Source: Caecitellus pseudoparvulus (Eukaryota; Protista; Bigyra: Bicosoecida). From it: 64,000 nucleotides of DNA. A model generated the notes under the pieces. It was not told the DNA's origin and did no database searches. It worked only from the letters and a program-made list of their open reading frames with translations. The stretch covers positions 62,001 to 126,000 of the forward strand of contig CBFFRQ010000088.1 of assembly GCA_965644315.1 (NCBI GenBank). The letters run 5' to 3'. A program made the position numbers and the translations under genes. Below, piece after piece: positions 23,325 to 34,000 of this stretch (the stretch's first letter is position 1; each line of letters begins with the position of its first letter).

Positions 23325-26300
23325 ATGGCTGGGCGGCAGCCGGCTTCGAGCAAGCCGCTGTCAGCGGCACAGCGGGCAACCTTCGGCATGTCTGTGACAA
23401 GCAGACCGCGCCTTGATCGCTCAGCTGACTACTCTCGCCCTGACACCGCCCATGGGAACCTGGGCAGCTTGCTTGTCGCACCACAGTACGTTTCCTCGGG
23501 CACGTTGGAAGGGGGCTCTGATGCGGCGTTGAGGAGTGCTGGAAGGGCAAGCGAAGAAAGCCAAGGTACCATGCATGCTAAGGCAGGCATGGCTCACACT
23601 GCACCCTCTCATTACCCTGCTGCCCCGCGGGAGGGCGAGACTGGTGTGGAGGAGGGTCGCGGCGACTTCCCAACGGGCGCTGAGCAGCAGACTCGGCGGC
23701 CCTCCAGCAGCCGTGCCTCGTCACGTGGGTATGGAGGGCGCATGCACTTCCTTGCTACAACTGGCACGCCAGCATCTGTGCCGATGTCAGAAGAAGCCGC
23801 CATGCAGGCGCAGGCTGAGATGGAGGCGCTGGCTCAAGCAGCGACTGAGACGGCAGACCACCACGCGGCGCTGGCCACCCAGCTGCTGGAAGCGGCGGAG
23901 GCGGTGCTAGATGGCCTCACCCTGCCCAGTGAAAGCTCCCCCTCGGCCACAGCCGGCACAGACGCAGCGACCCTGGCGCTGAGCGCCCGCACTGTGGCCG
24001 CCCTCGGCATCCTGGAGGCCGGCATGAGCCCCTTCAAGGCTTCCCACGGGCAAGTGGTACAGGTGCTGGTGGCGAACCTGCGCAGCGCAGTCGTCAAGCC
24101 CCAGGCAGGCGAGGCCCTGCGCGTGCTCTCCGACACGGCCGCTGAGGCAGAGGAGGGCGGCGACTGGTCCACTGTGCGGGCAGTGAACACCCTGCTGCAC
24201 TTCCCAGCAGCCCTGGCGGAGTTGGTGGAGGGCGTGATGGCCAGTGTGCACGTGGCAGTGGGGTGCATGACGGGGCACTGGGAGGCAGGCTTCTCCCCTG
24301 CAGATGTGCGCTTGATCACCCCCCCCGCGGAGCTCAAGGCAGCTGCAGCGCGGTGCCTGGCTGACGTGCTGCAGGCGCAGGAAACCGTATCAGCGGCGCT
24401 GGCACGCAGGTTGCAGCTGGACACAACGTCAGCAGCAGTGGCAGCCCCCCGTCGCAGCCCCCTACGCGACATGGAGCGGCACCTGGTGCTGGCTGCCGCC
24501 GCGCCGACCCACGCTGCCGAGGCCGCCCGCCTGGCTGTGTTGGCGGAGCAGCAGTGCACGTACCTGGAAGGGCTGGAAGCCGCCAAGGATAAGTTGGAAA
24601 TGATGACGGCCAAGACGCAGCGCATCATCAACAGCACGGCCGTGCGGCTGCAAGGCGCCCTCCTCGCACGGTACTTCACCGTGTGGGCGAAGCAGACGCG
24701 CACCTCCAAGCGCCAGCTGTCTGCCCTGGGCGCCATGCTGCGGCGACAGAGCAGGGTGGACATCCTGCGCGCCTGCTTTGACGCCATCATTCGGGAGGGC
24801 CGCCTGCACAAAGTGGCCCGCCTGACGCAGGGGCTCCGAGACCTGCAGAACGCCGTGACACGTGAGTCCACTGAGCGGGAGGCCAGTGTGCTGCGCGTGC
24901 AGGACCTGGAAGGGCAGCGTCTGGCCCTGCTAGATGAGCTGGACCGCCTCAAGCGCACGAACCAACAGCGCACCATCGAGCTGGAACGCGCAACCGCCCT
25001 GCAGCGGGTGCTGCCTGAGGCCAACCTGCGACGCATGGCAGGCGCGTGGTTGGTGACGGCGGACAAGGTCTTCGAAGGGCAGATTGCCGTCATGAGCCGG
25101 CAGGTCGAGACACTGGCTGGCGGCATGGCGCCGGAGGTGCCGCCGGGGGTGGACGCGCCAACATCCGACAGCGCCTCCGCCCCTGGATCAGGCGGTGCTC
25201 AAGGCAGTGGCGGCGCACCTCGCCACAAGAAGCCCAAGCGAATGGGTGCAGAGATGTTCCCGCCCCGTGCTCGTGGCGCCCGGGAGAACAGTGGCAGTGA
25301 CCGCGGCTGGGAAGGGCAGAACCTCGTGAACCCGCTCCTGCTGCTTACCGACAAGGAGCTTGCCCAGTGCCGTGCACGTGCCGCGGCATTGGACGGATTT
25401 GGGCAGCAGCCCAGTCGGCCAACGACAGAGGATGGGCGCAGTTCTGGGCGGCGCACAGGGAGCGACCGGCAGGCTTTTGATGGGGGTTCGCTGCCCCCCC
25501 TGCCGCCCCTGGAGGCAGAGGCACTGCGGCTGCTGTGCGCGCTGCCCCTCGACATCTTGTTGCTGCGGTGGAGCAACCACCACCTGCTCAATGCCAATGG
25601 TGCCGTGTGGCAGGACTGGTGGCGAGTGTGGATGGCGGAGGCAGAGGCCATGCGGGCCATGCCGCCGCCTGGCGTGGAGTCCCCCGCCAGTCTGCGCGCA
25701 CTGGACACGGCGGTGCCGCTGGATGCTGCCGCTCTGCGTAAGGCAGACCCCGGGACGCGCCTGGTGCAGGAGCTTGTGCGTGTGGGGTATGTGCATGACC
25801 CGACAGCCACCAAGGCGTCGGCTGGCGCCGGAGGAGAGGAGCCCCCTGCCACAGAAGACGCACCCCCCGAAGTGCATCGAGAAGAGGCTGTGGAGGCATC
25901 CCTTGCTGCGGCTCTAGGTGAAGACCAAGTGGAGGGGGCGTCGACTGCCTTTGGCTTGCCTGGGTCCCCCCTGCCTGGGGCTGCCACGCCCGGCTTGTCG
26001 AACACGACTGCTGGCGGGTACGTTCCGGCTGCCTCCCACGGAACGGGATCTCGTCTGGGACTGGCTTCGCAAGAGCCGGGTGAGGGGGGCATGGGGCTGG
26101 AAAGCCACATCCTTGTGGCTGGCACCACGGTGAGGCTGTACCGTGCTATGGCCCGCATCCGGAAACGCGCGGCGAGGGCGGCTGCCGCGGCAGCTGGTCA
26201 GCCAGAGGGCATGGATTCTGCCACAGGCGTGTCGAGCACGGGAGGTGGCGCCACTGGGTTCGGTGCCGCAGACATGGGCACCAGTGAGGCTGCGTCAGCT

Positions 26301-29300
26301 GCGCCACTGTTCGTGGTTGAGAACGTTGGAGATGACTGGCGCAGCGGGCATTGCTATGCCCTGCTGCTGCACCGCTTGTCTTCGTCCAACGCCTTTGGGT
26401 GCGCACAGCATGTGACCATGGGCACTGCCCCACTGCTGGACATGCCGTACGTGCTGCCGCCAAAGGCAGACCAGGCAGGAGTGTCCAACGAGGCGCCCTC
26501 CCAGGCTGGGGATTCGGTGGCCGTGCGCATTCCGGGGCCTCGGGACATCCCTTCGCCTTGGAGGGCTGTCACGCTGGGCCGCCTGCACCAAGCGGGAGTG
26601 CGCGGCGCTGCCGATGATGCCGCACGCTTGGCCGAGGCAGAGGAAGCGTTCACGCTGCACCGCCGGGGTGCAGGCTCGGGGCCCACCCCTTCCACGAGCC
26701 CGAGCAGCCCGCGGTACCGACCCAAGCCCATCGCCATGCGCCTGCCTCCGGCAGTGCCCATCATTGGCTTCCCTCCCGTTACGCCTTCGCCACCCCTGAC
26801 CCTGGTGCCCACCCAGCCACATGGGCACATGGCCCCCGAGGACCGGCGCGCTGCTGACCCACACCAGAGCGGCCTGTCCAATCTAGCAGACATCGCCACA
26901 GGGGCAGCAATGGTGCACGTCGGGGCAGCCGGTGGGCATGCGGCATATGCGGAGCTGTTTCGGCGGGCGGGTCTGCCACAGCCGCCCCCAGACCACCCCC
27001 TGCTGCGGGACACAGCCAAGCTGGCGCCATGGCTGCACAGCCTGCTGTGGCCCACTCGCTTGCTGGGCACCCTCCTACCACACCCACCGGCGCTGCGCAT
27101 CCTGCCGTACACCCTGCGCCATGTGGACGATGAGGGGCGGGCCGAGGAGGTGGTGGCACGCATGGCCAGACTGGGCGTCCCGCAGGGCCTCCTGGAGCCG
27201 TGGCACATCACAGCTGGGCAAAGCCACGTAGCTGCCCACCTCACCGCGCTTGCGTACATGTTTTGCCGGTGGCCAGAGCTGCGGGCTCCACTGGGCTGGG
27301 TGTCTGCTGTGCGCGAGGCCCCTGAACTGGCAGTGAAGGACGGCGGTGATGGAAGCATTGCCAATGAACACCCCGGTGTGCGGGTGCAGACTGCCTGGGG
27401 CAAGCGGGTGCCCCTCCTGGTGCCTTTTGCGTGGCTGCCCTCTGCCCCCCAAGGCACTGCTGGCAGCAGTCCAGGCAGGGCGCCGGCCACACCCGCCTCT
27501 GGCGCCTTCGACGCGTTCGCTGTGGATGCGGGGGAGGGCAAGGCTGCCACAGCCCACACACCCCACTCCACCCTGCACCTGCCTCCGCCCCACCTCGCTC
27601 TGCAGCGCACGGCGGAGGAGACGGTGGCGGCAGTGGCTGGCGCCATCAGCGTCGGAGACGACATCATGCTGGCACACCCCCTCACACTCAAACGCGTGGC
27701 TGAAGTGACGCTGCGCCTGCGGGCCGAGTGGTGGGGCTTCCTGCAAGCTTACACGGCTCACGTGCACAGGTACCACGCCCACGTGGCGTTTGCAGAGGCA
27801 CAACAAGCGGCCATGGCGGCGGCACGGCGCAAGTCTGCGGCAGCAGCGGTGGCGCAAGGCTCAGCCCGGACCTTGGGCAGTGCCCGTCGCTCCTTCCGGG
27901 CTTCTAGCAGAGGCAGCACGCCCAAGGCCCGAGCAGATTCCCCCACACATCGTAGTCGGTCCCCTTCCCCACCGCCTCGCAAAGTCCTGCGGCCACCGTC
28001 CGTGAAGACACAGGAGCAGGCACCCTCCCCGTCTTCCAGCGGGGGGGCAGCTTCCGTGGAGGGCACTTCCGCTTGGCTGGGTGTACGCCTGAACATGTCT
28101 GCCGTGAACACTTTTGCTGCAGCACTGGGGTATGTGCAGGGCGTGATTGAGCGGGCCATCTCCACGCGCCGTGTCCGGTGGGGCATGTGGGTGCGCCTGC
28201 GGGAACACGTGCAGGCGGCCACCTGGTCTGCTATGCGGCGGCGGGGAGCGGGGCTGCCCATGCACATCGTGGACCGGCGGGAGCAGCGCTGCCTGCGCAG
28301 TGTCACGCAGACGCCCCTCATGCTAGTGCCGGATGTGGCCCCCACCTTGCTGCACACGGCGCGGGAAGTCTTCGAGAGCACAGCTGGCTCCCCCCGCGCA
28401 CTGCAGGCGTCCCCCACCGCAGCAGATGGCGGCGGGACGACCCCCAAGTCCCGCGCCTCCACCTCATCCAAGAAAAGTGGCGCCAGCTCTGGGTCGGCCC
28501 TCGCGCCGGATGTCATCCTTGCCCGGGAAGCTGCCATGAACGCCGGGCAGGAGACAGCCCTGCGTGCTCTGCAGCAGTGCTTGGCCCCTCAGCTGCAGCG
28601 ATGGTACGCCTTGCTGAAGCGCGTCTTCCAGTACTACGCTGCCGCAGAGGAGGGTGGGAGCAGCACTGCGATGGACTGGAAGGAGTGGATGCACCTGTGT
28701 CGAGAGTGCCGCCTGGTTCGCGCTGACGCCGTGACTGCTTTGAAGGTGGTGGCCAAGCGCCCAGGCGCCAAGGCACGCTCAGGGGGCGGGGCCGGCATGG
28801 GCACCTCAGCAGTCATGGTGTCTGCAGGCGGGCGGTCAGTGACAGTGGCGCGCCCCACGGATGCTGCCTCGGGCGGCAGCACACTCCCAGAGTCGGGCCT
28901 TTCCCTCAGAGAGCTGCAGTTGGTGTTCGTCGCGTCGCTGGCCGACGCGTCTGAGCGCGGCGCTGCCATGGACCAGCTCGTGGCTGCGGCTGGGGACCGC
29001 ATGTGGGAGCCAGAGCACGAGCTGCGGCAGAGCGAGTTTGTGGGGGCTGTGCTGCGCCTGGCTGTCGCGTACTACGCCCGCGAACGTGCCATTCAGCGCA
29101 TGCGGGACCGGCTGGCTGCAGCCAATGCTGCAGCTGCGCGGGCCAGTGCGCTGGCTGAGGCGCTAGGTCTGAACACAGGGAGCAAAGGCCCCCTGCGTGC
29201 CGGGGCGCTGTCCGTCGCCGCCAAGCTGCAACTTGGCACGATGACACATGCTGACGTGGCTGAGCTCCGACGCACACGTCCAGATGTGTTCCGGGAACTG

Positions 29301-31034
29301 CTGAAGCGAGGCGCCGTGACCAAGGCAGGGGAGGTCGTCACAGACACAAGCAGTGGCAAGTCCCCCAAGGGCCCAGGGTCAGCCGGGGGCACTGACGGAG
29401 GCTCTGGCAAGACTTCCGTTACCGCGCCGAGCACCAAACCCGGTGTTGGCGTTGAAGAGGCCACTTCCGCCACCCCCGCGTCAGCTGCAGAGGCTCCCAA
29501 GGCGCCTGGACTGCTGACAGGGCGCAAGGCCAAAGGCCCCGCTGCGCTGGGGTCTCTGGACCGCGACACGGCCTTCCGCTTGCGACTCACACATGGTATG
29601 GGCATGGGCATGCTGCACCCCCCGAGCGAGGCGCCCCCTGCAAAGAGCAGCGGCGGCAAGTCCCCTCGATCAGGTTCCCGAGGCCGAAGCGCCGGCTCGT
29701 CTCGGCCCCGCACACCCAGTCGCCCCGGCACGTCCGATTCGCGCCCGAGTAGTCGTGGCACTGACACCGCAGCGGCCAACATCTCCGTGGAGCCCAACTC
29801 TGGCGCCTTGGACGAAGCCGGTGATTTGGAGATGCTGGGCAGCCTGGCGGAGCTGTCCCTGGCCGAGGTCGCCGCGCAGGTCGACGAGTGGGTGGGCGCC
29901 GTGTACGCTGCTGAGTCCCTGGAAAGCGACACCATCAAGGGCACGGTGCATCCCTGCGGTGCGCTGGAGGCCATGCTGCGCTTTCACATTGAACGCATGG
30001 CCTGCAAGAGCTCGGCCAACGCGGCCGAGTGGAAGGCTGACCTGCGCAGGCCAGGGGTACGAACGGTGTTGGCCAAGTACAAGCCTCAGCTGTCGGGCAT
30101 CTACCTCATGTACGTGCGGCAGCAAGCGGAGCAGCTGCTGGCGGAGCTGGAGGGTGGCTCCTCCACGGGCAGTGTGAGCAAGGGCATGGTGGACTCGGTC
30201 GTCGCCTCTGGAGCCGGTGCCATGAGTGTGGCAGACTTCATCCACCTCCTGCGAGTGTGTGGTCTGCTGGCCGGCACGTCCATCACAGGGCGCACCAAGG
30301 CGCGGTCGGTGGCAAGCGTGAAGCTTGGTGAAGTAGACATCCTGGCGGCACTTGTGCGAGTTACGCAGGCCAACGTGGACGCACTGTACGAAGGGGATGA
30401 TGAGGAGCACGCCGCCCCCGCAAAGGACACTGGTGGAGCAGACAGTGCCGGGTCCCCGCGCTCCAAGCGGGGCAGGCGCTCCCCTCGCCATGGCGGCGGC
30501 AGCAGCCCCCGCAAGCGTGAGCTGAGCGTGGATGCCGCCCCTGTGGCCTCCTCGGCTGCAGCTCTCTACGCCCGCTGCGACAAGAACCTCGCGAGGCTGC
30601 TGCTCACAAAAGAGCAGCGAGCGCGCTGGCGCAGGGTGCATGGCGCCAAGGCCCAGGCGACAGTGGGCAACGTGGCTGTGGTGAGCGGCATGGCTGCCTC
30701 TGCGGCCCCAGCGCCACGCAAGTCGCCACGGGGCAGCCATGTCCCAGGCACGCCCCAAGACCGCCCCTCTCCAACCGGCACCGGAGTAATGTGGGAAGAT
30801 GAGCCGACCATGGCGTCAGGTGCGCCAGCCCTGGTGGAGCTTACGCCTACAAGTGAGCTGAGCTACACTGCATTCGTGGAGTGCCTCGTGGCGCTCGCCA
30901 TCACCCTCATGCCGTCACCATACGTGCCGCTGGAGACCAAGCTGGACACGTTCATGTCCAAGTACATCTTGACAGGTTTCGCGGCTGTAACAGAGGGCGG
31001 CTCCACAACCAGCCTCGGCAAGACCGCCAACTGA
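23325..31034 (+). CDS. 2569-aa putative cytoskeletal protein: Sfi1-like segment, coiled coil, interrupted calponin-homology domain and p25-alpha/EF-hand-like modules
   Basis: Uninterrupted 7.7-kb ORF. Fimbrin-type CH pieces DILLLRWSNHHL / VENVGDDWRSGHCYALLLHRL / RAEEVVARMARLG..L.P..I..G...ALAYMF. EF-like modules LKRVFQYYAA..MDWKEWMHLCRECRL, SEFVGAVLRLA and ELSYTAFVECLVALA. Confidence 0.7.
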   Translation: MAGRQPASSKPLSAAQRATFGMSVTSRPRLDRSADYSRPDTAHGNLGSLLVAPQYVSSGTLEGGSDAALRSAGRASEESQGTMHAKAGMAHTAPSHYPAAPREGETGVEEGRGDFPTGAEQQTRRPSSSRASSRGYGGRMHFLATTGTPASVPMSEEAAMQAQAEMEALAQAATETADHHAALATQLLEAAEAVLDGLTLPSESSPSATAGTDAATLALSARTVAALGILEAGMSPFKASHGQVVQVLVANLRSAVVKPQAGEALRVLSDTAAEAEEGGDWSTVRAVNTLLHFPAALAELVEGVMASVHVAVGCMTGHWEAGFSPADVRLITPPAELKAAAARCLADVLQAQETVSAALARRLQLDTTSAAVAAPRRSPLRDMERHLVLAAAAPTHAAEAARLAVLAEQQCTYLEGLEAAKDKLEMMTAKTQRIINSTAVRLQGALLARYFTVWAKQTRTSKRQLSALGAMLRRQSRVDILRACFDAIIREGRLHKVARLTQGLRDLQNAVTRESTEREASVLRVQDLEGQRLALLDELDRLKRTNQQRTIELERATALQRVLPEANLRRMAGAWLVTADKVFEGQIAVMSRQVETLAGGMAPEVPPGVDAPTSDSASAPGSGGAQGSGGAPRHKKPKRMGAEMFPPRARGARENSGSDRGWEGQNLVNPLLLLTDKELAQCRARAAALDGFGQQPSRPTTEDGRSSGRRTGSDRQAFDGGSLPPLPPLEAEALRLLCALPLDILLLRWSNHHLLNANGAVWQDWWRVWMAEAEAMRAMPPPGVESPASLRALDTAVPLDAAALRKADPGTRLVQELVRVGYVHDPTATKASAGAGGEEPPATEDAPPEVHREEAVEASLAAALGEDQVEGASTAFGLPGSPLPGAATPGLSNTTAGGYVPAASHGTGSRLGLASQEPGEGGMGLESHILVAGTTVRLYRAMARIRKRAARAAAAAAGQPEGMDSATGVSSTGGGATGFGAADMGTSEAASAAPLFVVENVGDDWRSGHCYALLLHRLSSSNAFGCAQHVTMGTAPLLDMPYVLPPKADQAGVSNEAPSQAGDSVAVRIPGPRDIPSPWRAVTLGRLHQAGVRGAADDAARLAEAEEAFTLHRRGAGSGPTPSTSPSSPRYRPKPIAMRLPPAVPIIGFPPVTPSPPLTLVPTQPHGHMAPEDRRAADPHQSGLSNLADIATGAAMVHVGAAGGHAAYAELFRRAGLPQPPPDHPLLRDTAKLAPWLHSLLWPTRLLGTLLPHPPALRILPYTLRHVDDEGRAEEVVARMARLGVPQGLLEPWHITAGQSHVAAHLTALAYMFCRWPELRAPLGWVSAVREAPELAVKDGGDGSIANEHPGVRVQTAWGKRVPLLVPFAWLPSAPQGTAGSSPGRAPATPASGAFDAFAVDAGEGKAATAHTPHSTLHLPPPHLALQRTAEETVAAVAGAISVGDDIMLAHPLTLKRVAEVTLRLRAEWWGFLQAYTAHVHRYHAHVAFAEAQQAAMAAARRKSAAAAVAQGSARTLGSARRSFRASSRGSTPKARADSPTHRSRSPSPPPRKVLRPPSVKTQEQAPSPSSSGGAASVEGTSAWLGVRLNMSAVNTFAAALGYVQGVIERAISTRRVRWGMWVRLREHVQAATWSAMRRRGAGLPMHIVDRREQRCLRSVTQTPLMLVPDVAPTLLHTAREVFESTAGSPRALQASPTAADGGGTTPKSRASTSSKKSGASSGSALAPDVILAREAAMNAGQETALRALQQCLAPQLQRWYALLKRVFQYYAAAEEGGSSTAMDWKEWMHLCRECRLVRADAVTALKVVAKRPGAKARSGGGAGMGTSAVMVSAGGRSVTVARPTDAASGGSTLPESGLSLRELQLVFVASLADASERGAAMDQLVAAAGDRMWEPEHELRQSEFVGAVLRLAVAYYARERAIQRMRDRLAAANAAAARASALAEALGLNTGSKGPLRAGALSVAAKLQLGTMTHADVAELRRTRPDVFRELLKRGAVTKAGEVVTDTSSGKSPKGPGSAGGTDGGSGKTSVTAPSTKPGVGVEEATSATPASAAEAPKAPGLLTGRKAKGPAALGSLDRDTAFRLRLTHGMGMGMLHPPSEAPPAKSSGGKSPRSGSRGRSAGSSRPRTPSRPGTSDSRPSSRGTDTAAANISVEPNSGALDEAGDLEMLGSLAELSLAEVAAQVDEWVGAVYAAESLESDTIKGTVHPCGALEAMLRFHIERMACKSSANAAEWKADLRRPGVRTVLAKYKPQLSGIYLMYVRQQAEQLLAELEGGSSTGSVSKGMVDSVVASGAGAMSVADFIHLLRVCGLLAGTSITGRTKARSVASVKLGEVDILAALVRVTQANVDALYEGDDEEHAAPAKDTGGADSAGSPRSKRGRRSPRHGGGSSPRKRELSVDAAPVASSAAALYARCDKNLARLLLTKEQRARWRRVHGAKAQATVGNVAVVSGMAASAAPAPRKSPRGSHVPGTPQDRPSPTGTGVMWEDEPTMASGAPALVELTPTSELSYTAFVECLVALAITLMPSPYVPLETKLDTFMSKYILTGFAAVTEGGSTTSLGKTAN

Positions 31035-31057
31035 ATGCAGGTTGAATGGCACGGGCA

Positions 31058-34000
31058 TCAGGCACTGTCCGCCGCCGCTGCCCCGCCACCGGGCTCGTCC
31101 ACTGCAGAGGAGCTTGGCATGCACGCCTGCAGCCCCGCAGCCTGCGTGGCAGCAGTGACCACGTCAGGAATGTGCACAACAGCGCCAGTCTGGGGGGGAA
31201 AGCGGTGGTGCTTGTGGCCACCCGGCAGGAACACCTCCAGCCCGACATGCCAGCCGTCTGGCATGAACTGTGGCTGCACGCTGTTCATGAAAAAGTCCCG
31301 GAAGCGCCGCACAAGCCGCTCCAGTCGCTCTTTCACCTCCACTGGCGGGGTGGCAGGTGGAACCCAGGGCCGATTGTGGTTGGAGGGGACGTACAGCACG
31401 GCGCCATCACCAGGCAGGGGCGGCGCAGAGGCCAGAGCCAAGGCGACCTCTGCTGCAGACTGACCGGAGGACAGGGTGACACCTTGGTCCTTCAGTTCCT
31501 GCAGAGCAGGTGGGCATGGTGCTGCTGCCAGGTCCTTCGCACGGGCCTCGGCGACTGCCACCTGCGCAGCGCGTGGGTACAGCGAAAAATGCGTCAGCAC
31601 CACAGCCTGCGGGACGAACAACACCTGCTGCTTCAAGTGTGCTTCCAACTGCTCGGCAGGCGTCTGGTCTGCAGCGGCGTTGGAAGCGGCGAGGGAGGCG
31701 GGCACTGCCTGGGTGGCGGACAGCACCTGCCCCACCGCGGCTGCTACTTCTGCCGTGCCGCCCTGCCCTGCCTCGCTCACTGCCTTGGCCAGAGACTGCG
31801 TCGTGGCCCCCGCACTCATCAGGCAGAATGCAGCACGTGCCGATAGTACAGGCATGCCTGAGTGTGTGGGTTGCACCACTTCGTCGTCTCCTTTCAGACC
31901 GCTTGGCCGCACGAGGGCACGCGGGGTGTGCTGCGCCCCGCCTGGCCCCAGCTGCGGCAACCAGCTTTCAGGTGACGGGTCCACAGTGATAGTGGCGCAG
32001 TAGTTCGCCACAGCATCTCGCCAGCGCGTCGTCAAGGTGCTGAGGAAGCGTTCCTGCGTCTTGCTGGTGCTGTGCACCTGCCGTGCAGCGGAAAAGGTTT
32101 CAGAGCCTCGCCATTCCTCCAGCTCAGCCCGCCATGCCGCAGGCTGGCTGCCCAAGTCAGCCTGTGTGTCGGACCGCGGGTGCAACAGCAGGGCAGCGGC
32201 TTCCTCCAGCATTCTTGGGAGCTGGGGCAGACCTCCGTCCAAAACGACGGGGACCTGCACTGCCAGCCTGGCCAGGAACGTGGACAGCAGCAAAACACCC
32301 ATGGTCACAGGCTGGGCAGATGTGGCATCGGAAGCCTGACTTAGAACTTTGAATACCCCTTGAATGCGGCGGTAGCCGCAAGCAGCGATGCCCTGGAGCA
32401 GGCTTGTTGGGCTGTCGTAGCCTGCTGCCGCCGCGAGGGCTGCGAGCTCAGCATCGTGATCCAGGCTGCAGGCGGCCGTGCATGCCCAGAGAAGCTTGCG
32501 AAAAATGGGCGGCAGGTGGCTCCAAATTCCAACGGAGCACACCAGTGTGAAACTCTCGCTGGAGCGCGCCTGTGCCAAGTGGGCCCGGGCGCCCTCGCCG
32601 GCCTGGCAAGAGTCCAGAAGCAGCTGCGCGAGCTGCTCCCGCACAGAGCCAGCAGGTGCGCCCATGCTCGGCTCCCGGCCTTCTTCTGCTCGTTGCTTGG
32701 CCTTCTTGCCTGAAGAGTGCTTTTTGGCTTTGATGCGGCCCATGCCAGCCAGAGGCTGGATGCCCAGGTCTGCCAGCAGCATACCGGAGGGCCCATGCAC
32801 GAGGTAGTTCGCGTCAGGCAGCCCCGCTTCGCGAGCCAGGCGCTTCTCCAGTCGGGTGTACATGGGCTCCACGAGGCGCCGGCAATTGGCGCAAAGCAGG
32901 ACCACGTCGTGGCAGCTGTGGCTCTTGGCATCCATTGGCATGAGGGAGCGGATCTTGCGGGGCACGATGTAGAACTTGCTCATCAAGTGGTCCCCCCCGC
33001 ACCGCACACACATGTTCACCTTCGCAACATTGTTCGTGCGGGTGGCGCCGCCGCCTCGCGCAGCCCGCAACAGCTGCACCACCACCCTGTTCCCCTCTGC
33101 GCCGGCAGGCAGCGCCTCCGGCACCGTCGGCACAGACCCTTTCGTCCCAGCGGGGGCACTCTTCCCCGCCCCATTGTCCACCAGCTTGGCCAAGCCCTTG
33201 CGCACGTACCAGTCTGCCCTGCGGCGCTCGATGAAAGCCAGGGGGGTCCCATCATGATCGCGTAGCTCGCAGGAATCGTACAAGTGCCTGCGGGAGTACT
33301 TCTTCGCGATGTGACCCCAGCGGGCAGCTTTCTGCGCTTCGCGCTGTGCGGCCACGCTGCCGCTGGAGGCGGCCTGCGACGTCGTGGCCACAGATGCTGA
33401 GAGGACTTCCTGTAACGAGCCTGGCGTGAGGGTGGAGTCAGGGTGGCTCTCCACCCACCATGCAGCGGCCACCATGTCCAGCGCGTGGGCAGCTTTGGGC
33501 CCCTGGGCGGTGCGGGAGGCTGCCTCGAGGCACTGCGCAAAGACTTCCAAGGCACCAGCTGCATCCGAGCAACGCGCTATGCCCCTTGCCACGATGCCTG
33601 CGACGCCTGTGGAGAGGGGCGGTGCGTCCCGCACTTGACCGCCCGAGGCGGCCGGCGGGCCGCTGGGAAAGAGACCCTTCATCAAGCCGACTTCCAGCAG
33701 GTGCGCCCGGATGGAGTCCACGCAGCTCAGGGCTGTCGGGGTATTGCTGAGGCCCAGCACGCAGCGCAGGAGCACGGTGCTGCGGCACACCGCCTCCCCT
33801 CTCATGTCCAGCATGACCGCCATGGCATGCCTGGCCTGGCACGCTGCAAGGGCCAGAAATGCGTGCTTCCGGCACGCGTTCAGCGCAACGACCGGCTCTG
33901 AGGGCACAGGGTACAGGCCTTTCAGGGCAGCGGTGGCTGCGGCATCGCCTGCAGGGCCCGGTGCTGCCGCCGTGCCGGCGGCAGGGGAGAGGGCCGCTTC

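Noticed and set aside
31035-31463. ORF starting in frame right after the stop of the 2569-aa gene (TGA-ATG)
   Set aside because: The ATG again belongs to AATGCA, and the ORF is the antisense shadow of the exonuclease gene.
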